NCBI GenBank assembly: GCA_963816155.1
Contig: CAWFJE010000011.1
Coordinates: 303,373 to 367,372 of the forward strand
Reading direction: 5' to 3'
Origin: an uncultured Actinomycetes bacterium
Lineage (GTDB): Bacteria > Actinomycetota > Thermoleophilia > RBG-16-64-13
DNA length: 64,000 nt
Shown here: positions 59,972 to 64,000 of the stretch, piece after piece
Layout: each line of letters starts with the position of its first letter
How positions within the stretch are numbered: the first letter of the stretch is position 1
Notes under the pieces: generated by a model
The model's input: the letters and a program-made list of their open reading frames with translations, nothing else
What the model was told of the DNA's origin: nothing
The model's database searches: none
Program-made: the position numbers and the translations under genes

Positions 59972-61504
59972 TCACCTCTCGGGGCGGAGCTGCGGAAAAA
60001 GGATGACATCGCGTATGGACTCGGCTCCCAGCAGCATCATGGCCAGCCGGTCGATGCCTATCCCCAGCCCACCAGCCGGGGGCATGCCGTACTCCAAGGC
60101 CCGTAGGAAGTCCTCGTCCAGGACGTGCGCCTCTTCGTCACCCGCCTCCTTGTTGCGCGCCTGCTGTTCGAAACGCCCCCGCTGCTCCATGGGGTCGTTG
60201 AGCTCGGAGAACGCGTTGCCCATCTCCTTGCCGGCGATGATGGGCTGAAAGCGCTCCACCAGCAGGGGGTCATTCGGGCTGCACTTGGCCAATGGACTGA
60301 GTTCCAGGGGGTAGTCGATGGCAAAAGTGGGCTGGATGAGGGTCGGCCACACTGCATGCTTGAGACCCTTGTCGACGAGAGTGGCGAACGTGTCGCGATT
60401 CTCCACTTCGATGCCGCGTTGGTGCAGAACGCGCTTGGCGTCCTGAGGAGCGGCACGCATGTCGGTAAGACCCAAGCCAAGCGTCTCCAGCAGCAGCGAG
60501 TCGATACTGCGCCGGGGCCAGGGCGGTCTCAGGTCGATGGAATGCTCGCCCACCACGATCTCAGCGGTGCCCAGTACCTCACCCGCAAGAGCGGGGATCA
60601 TATTCTCGACCAACTCCATGATGGCGTTGTAATCCACGTAGGCCCAGTAGAGTTCCATCATGGTGAACTCGGGGTTGTGCACCAGCGAGATGCCCTCGTT
60701 ACGGAAGTTCTTGCCTATCTCGTAGATGCGGTCGAAACCGCCCACCAGCAGCCGCTTGAGGTAGAGCTCGGGGGCGATACGCAGGTAGAGGTCACTGTCC
60801 AGGGCGTTGTGATGAGTGGAAAAAGGACGGGCCAGAGCGCCGCCGGGCAAGGGCTGCAGGATGGGAGTCTCCACCTCTACAAAGCCCCGACCGTCCAGAT
60901 ACCGTCGCATGGCGGACACGATCCGGCCCCGGGCCCGCAGCTGCCAGGCCACCTCGGGATTGCTCACCAGGTCGATGTAGCGCTGTCGATACCGGGTCTC
61001 GCGATCTTGGAGACCGTGCCACTTCTCCGGTAGAGGCCGAAGCGACTTGGTCAGGAGCGTCCACGAAGAGGCGAAGAGAGTGAGCTCACCCCGCCGGGTG
61101 CGAAAGACGTGACCCTCGCAACCGATGATATCGCCCACATCCACGTCGGTGAGGAGCGTGAAAGACTGCTCTCCCAACGTGTCAACGTTGCTGTAGACCT
61201 GTATGTCGTCCCAGCCGTCGCGCAGAGTCAGAAAGACGGCCTTGCCGTGTTCGCGGCGGGCCATGACCCGGCCGGCGACCCGGTAGTGACTACCTTCGTC
61301 CTTCTCTCCCGACTCGAGCTCCATGTGAGCCTGAAGTATCTCGGCAGGGTTGTGACGATCAGGGAAGTTGCGCGCATAGGGCTCGACGCCCTGCCCGCGC
61401 AACCGCTCCACTTTGGCCAAGCGATCGCGCTCCCATTCGGGCAGATGGTCCGAGCCTAAGCCACCATCCTCCTCATGACCTGCAGATCCCGCCGCCGGAT
61501 CCAT
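59972..61504 (-). CDS. lysS: Lysyl-tRNA synthetase, class II
   Basis: OB-fold N-terminus 'YRVAGRVMARREHGKAVFLTLRD' and class II motifs 'FRNEGIS..HNPEFTMMELY' and 'GGLGIGIDRLAMML'. The ATG abuts the greA stop (TAGATG). Confidence 0.95.
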   Translation of the reverse strand: MDPAAGSAGHEEDGGLGSDHLPEWERDRLAKVERLRGQGVEPYARNFPDRHNPAEILQAHMELESGEKDEGSHYRVAGRVMARREHGKAVFLTLRDGWDDIQVYSNVDTLGEQSFTLLTDVDVGDIIGCEGHVFRTRRGELTLFASSWTLLTKSLRPLPEKWHGLQDRETRYRQRYIDLVSNPEVAWQLRARGRIVSAMRRYLDGRGFVEVETPILQPLPGGALARPFSTHHNALDSDLYLRIAPELYLKRLLVGGFDRIYEIGKNFRNEGISLVHNPEFTMMELYWAYVDYNAIMELVENMIPALAGEVLGTAEIVVGEHSIDLRPPWPRRSIDSLLLETLGLGLTDMRAAPQDAKRVLHQRGIEVENRDTFATLVDKGLKHAVWPTLIQPTFAIDYPLELSPLAKCSPNDPLLVERFQPIIAGKEMGNAFSELNDPMEQRGRFEQQARNKEAGDEEAHVLDEDFLRALEYGMPPAGGLGIGIDRLAMMLLGAESIRDVILFPQLRPER

Positions 61505-61987
61505 CTACGACATCTTCCCTATGGAGAGGATCTCGTAGCTCAGCGAGCCGACCGGGACCGCGACGGTAACCACTTCGCCCACCTGCTTACCCAGGATGGC
61601 TTGGCCCACGGGCGACTCGTTGGAGAGACGCGCCTTGGAGGGGTCGGCTTCCGCGGAACCGACCAGCGTATAGATGCGCACGTCTCCGCCGTCTTGGTCG
61701 CGCAGGGTTACCGTGCTCCCCACGCTCACCTTGTCGGTGTCGATTTCAGACTCCTTGATGACCCGCGCCCGGCGAAGCTTCTCTTGCAGCACGCTGATGC
61801 GGTGCTCCAGCATGGCCTGCTCACTCTTGGCGTCGTCGTACTCGGAGTTCTCCGAGATGTCGCCAAACTCACGCGCCTGGCGAATGCGCTCGGCGACTTC
61901 CTCCCGCCGCTCCGTGGAGAGGAGAGCGATCTCATCCTGCAATTGCTTGAGGCCATCAGCTGTGAGGATTACTTCTTTCCGAGACAC
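61505..61987 (-). CDS. greA: Transcription elongation factor GreA
   Basis: 'LTADGLKQLQDEIALL..ERREEVAERIRQAREFGDISENSEYDDAK' and C-terminal 'SNESPVGQAILGKQVGEVV'. The GTG at 61987 has GAAGGAAGG upstream. A consensus promoter lies inside the longer tracked ORF. Confidence 0.9.
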   Translation of the reverse strand: MSRKEVILTADGLKQLQDEIALLSTERREEVAERIRQAREFGDISENSEYDDAKSEQAMLEHRISVLQEKLRRARVIKESEIDTDKVSVGSTVTLRDQDGGDVRIYTLVGSAEADPSKARLSNESPVGQAILGKQVGEVVTVAVPVGSLSYEILSIGKMS

Positions 61988-62044
61988 GTGGATTACCTTC
62001 CTTCTTAGGACTCCCGAGATCGACGGGCCTAAAAGTGGCGGCGC

Positions 62045-62073
62045 ATTATAGGGTGGCGGCGGCGAGTTGTCAA
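62045..62073 (-). promoter_or_regulatory. Consensus sigma-A/sigma-70 promoter for greA-lysS
   Basis: Minus strand reads TTGACA (62073..62068), a 17-nt spacer, then TATAAT (62050..62045). It lies about 58 nt upstream of the greA GTG. Confidence 0.65.
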
Positions 62074-62125
62074 ATCGTTCGCAACACACATGCCCCAAGA
62101 ACAGGTCCTGTCCGCGGGCGAGATA

Positions 62126-63136
62126 TCATCGCATCGGCGGATGCAAGGAGATCGCCACGCCCTGCAACGCCCCGTCGAGTCGGACCGCGTCGGGCAGCAG
62201 ACGGAGTCCTTCGATCACCGCTGCCGGTACGCCGGAGGGACGAAGATACCAACTGAGCAGCTTGCGCGCCCAACGCGCGGCCCGCTCGGGTCCACGTTCC
62301 TCGGCCACCCGGGCGATGAGGGCGCGCAGGTCGGCGACCACCTCCTCCAAAGACGGTCGGGGGCGATCCACTCCCGTCAGCAGATCTTCCGCCGCCCAGG
62401 GGGTGCCGGCCACGCCGCGGGCCAGCATGACCGCGGCCGCTCCGGTGGACTCATGCACGGCCAGGGCTGAAGAGAACCCGTGGATGTCGCCGGAGGCGAG
62501 CACCGGGATGCTGAGGCTCCCTACCAAGGAGGCGGTGAGCGAATGATCGGCCGTCCCCCGGTACAGTTGGTCGGCAGTGCGGGGATGGATGCAGATGGCC
62601 GCGACCCCGACCTCCTCCAACCTCCGAGCCAGAACGACTACCTGCGCCCCCTGTCCGGCCTTCAATCCCGACCGCAGCTTGACCGTCACAGGTATCCCTC
62701 GTGGAGTCGCTTCTCTCACCACGGCAGCCGCCATCGCCACCGCCCTGTCCGGATCGGCGAGCAAAGCCGCTCCGGCGCCGGTCTTGATGACCTTACGCAC
62801 GGGGCAACCCATGTTGATATCGACGACGTCCGGGACCTGCTCGCGAGCGAGCACCACGTCGGTCGCGGCGGACATGGCCTCCGGCGTATCGCCGAACAAC
62901 TGCACAGCCACCGGGCGCTCTTCGTCCACAAAATCGAGGTAGGCTCCGGTACGGACGTTGTGATGGAGTATTCCGTGAGCAGAGACCATCTCGGTCGTCA
63001 CCAGACCGACACCGTGAGTCTTCATGTGCCGACGGTAGGCGCTTATGGTCAGCCCGGCCATCGGCGCCAACACGGCCCGGTTAGGCACGACCAGGGTGCC
63101 GATGCGGAAGGGTCGAGCGAACGGCGAGGTCGTCAT
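62126..63136 (-). CDS. dus: tRNA-dihydrouridine synthase
   Basis: 'LAPMAGLTISAYRRH..GVGLVTTEMVSA', 'VAVQLFG', 'DINMGCPVRKV', 'VTVKLR'. Confidence 0.9.
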   Translation of the reverse strand: MTTSPFARPFRIGTLVVPNRAVLAPMAGLTISAYRRHMKTHGVGLVTTEMVSAHGILHHNVRTGAYLDFVDEERPVAVQLFGDTPEAMSAATDVVLAREQVPDVVDINMGCPVRKVIKTGAGAALLADPDRAVAMAAAVVREATPRGIPVTVKLRSGLKAGQGAQVVVLARRLEEVGVAAICIHPRTADQLYRGTADHSLTASLVGSLSIPVLASGDIHGFSSALAVHESTGAAAVMLARGVAGTPWAAEDLLTGVDRPRPSLEEVVADLRALIARVAEERGPERAARWARKLLSWYLRPSGVPAAVIEGLRLLPDAVRLDGALQGVAISLHPPMR

Positions 63137-63307
63137 CGGGCCTGGACCTCCCGTCGCCGGCAGCTCGCTCTCGACCAGGGCCCGGCGGCCATGGGGGCGA
63201 CGAGGAGGCAGGAAGTGCGAATAGCAGCGCTACTTACGCGACCGACGACGAAGTGTAGCCTCGGACGGCGCGTCCAGGCAGCCAAGGCTTCGCTCTTCAG
63301 CGGCCCA

Positions 63308-64000
63308 CTAGCTATGGTTGCGCCTGTGGATGATCTCAAGTCCGCGCAAGGTCAGAAGCGGGTCCAGCCGGTCGAGCGACGACGCGTGGTCGAAGATGAG
63401 CGACGCCAACCCGCCGGTGGCGATGGTGACCGCACTTCCTCCCACTTCCGCGCGCATGCGGGTCACGATGCCGTCGACCTGCCCGGCGAAGCCGTAGATG
63501 GCCCCCGCCTGCATGGCCTGCATAGTATTACGCCCGATGACCGTCCCCGGATCGACCAACTCGATCCTCATAAGGCGCGCGGCCCGCGTCGCCAAAGCAT
63601 CCAGGGAGACCTCGATGCCCGGGGCGATGGCGTGCCCCAGATACTCGCCCGAGGCAGAGACGGCGCTGAACGTGGTGGCGGTACCGAAGTCCACGGCTAT
63701 GCAGGGCCCTCCGCAGAGTTCGTATGCAGCTATCGCGTCGACGATCAGGTCGGGACCGACCTGCCGTGGGTCGTTGGTGAGTATGGGCATGCCCGTCTTC
63801 ACGCCGGGTCCCACCACCAGAGCTTCCACCGCGAACCAGCGACCGGCCATGGCCGCGTACTCGCCGCTCAGACGGGGCACCACCGACGACAGCGCGATGC
63901 CCGACACGGAATCGCGGCTGAGGTCTGCCAGCCGGAGAAAGTCGACCACGAGTGCCGCGATCTCGTCACCGGTCTTGTGTACCTCGGTGGCCATGCGCCA
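63308..64000 (-). CDS. coaX: Type III pantothenate kinase (partial, N-terminus beyond window edge)
   Basis: 'IAVDFGTATTFSAV', 'GHAIAPG', 'GAIYGFAGQVDGIV', 'VTIATGGLA'. The canonical MLLAIDVGNT start is missing. Confidence 0.88.
   Translation of the reverse strand, partial: WRMATEVHKTGDEIAALVVDFLRLADLSRDSVSGIALSSVVPRLSGEYAAMAGRWFAVEALVVGPGVKTGMPILTNDPRQVGPDLIVDAIAAYELCGGPCIAVDFGTATTFSAVSASGEYLGHAIAPGIEVSLDALATRAARLMRIELVDPGTVIGRNTMQAMQAGAIYGFAGQVDGIVTRMRAEVGGSAVTIATGGLASLIFDHASSLDRLDPLLTLRGLEIIHRRNHS

Noticed and set aside
63133-63339. 68-aa minus-strand ORF between dus and coaX.
   Set aside because: It fills the intergenic spacer and overlaps both neighbours' ends. Its composition is Arg/Ala/Ser-rich and it has no RBS.

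Overview
GC-rich chromosomal segment from a monoderm-type bacterium (SLH-domain surface proteins; Bacillus/actinobacterial-style core gene order). It has two parts.

(1) Positions 1 to ~44.9 kb are an accessory cell-envelope island:
- several GT4/GT2 glycosyltransferases;
- a tightly start/stop-overlapped minus-strand operon for a nonulosonic (sialic/legionaminic-like) sugar (NeuB, NeuA, hexapeptide acetyltransferase, CBS-nucleotidyltransferase) plus a polysaccharide pyruvyl transferase;
- methyltransferase, CapK-like, CapA-like and FemAB-like modification genes;
- Wzy/ligase-like and Wzz/BY-kinase genes;
- a beta-helix SLH protein with a 16 x 21-bp Thr-rich repeat;
- a decayed IS3 element flanked by IS256-type fragments;
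- a CapD/PglF-type dehydratase;
- a 1452-aa cadherin-repeat/SLH adhesin containing four nucleotide-identical 300-bp repeats;
- a LuxR-type response regulator, a PilZ protein, a degenerate CpaF-like ATPase, a lipoprotein and several unknowns.

At least 13 genes in this part can only be read by joining frames, and two carry genuine in-frame stop codons.

(2) After a tRNA-Thr(UGU) at 44192..44263, positions 45.0-64.0 kb are an uninterrupted minus-strand housekeeping block: sigH, yacP/rae1, rlmB, cysS, gltX, ispF, ispD, PIN/TRAM yacL, carD, disA, radA, clpC, mcsB, mcsA, lysS, greA, dus, coaX.

No rRNA, CRISPR array or recognisable defence system was seen.

The observations most worth following up:
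- gene decay confined to the island;
- the possible link between the pyruvyl transferase, the nonulosonic-acid genes and the SLH proteins;
- the perfect 300-bp repeats;
- the regulator-PilZ-adhesin arrangement with an orphan degenerate ATPase and a G8 tract;
- a ctsR-less mcsA-mcsB-clpC operon whose McsB lacks the canonical guanidino-kinase Cys motif.

All family calls are by-eye motif recognition. No database search was run.
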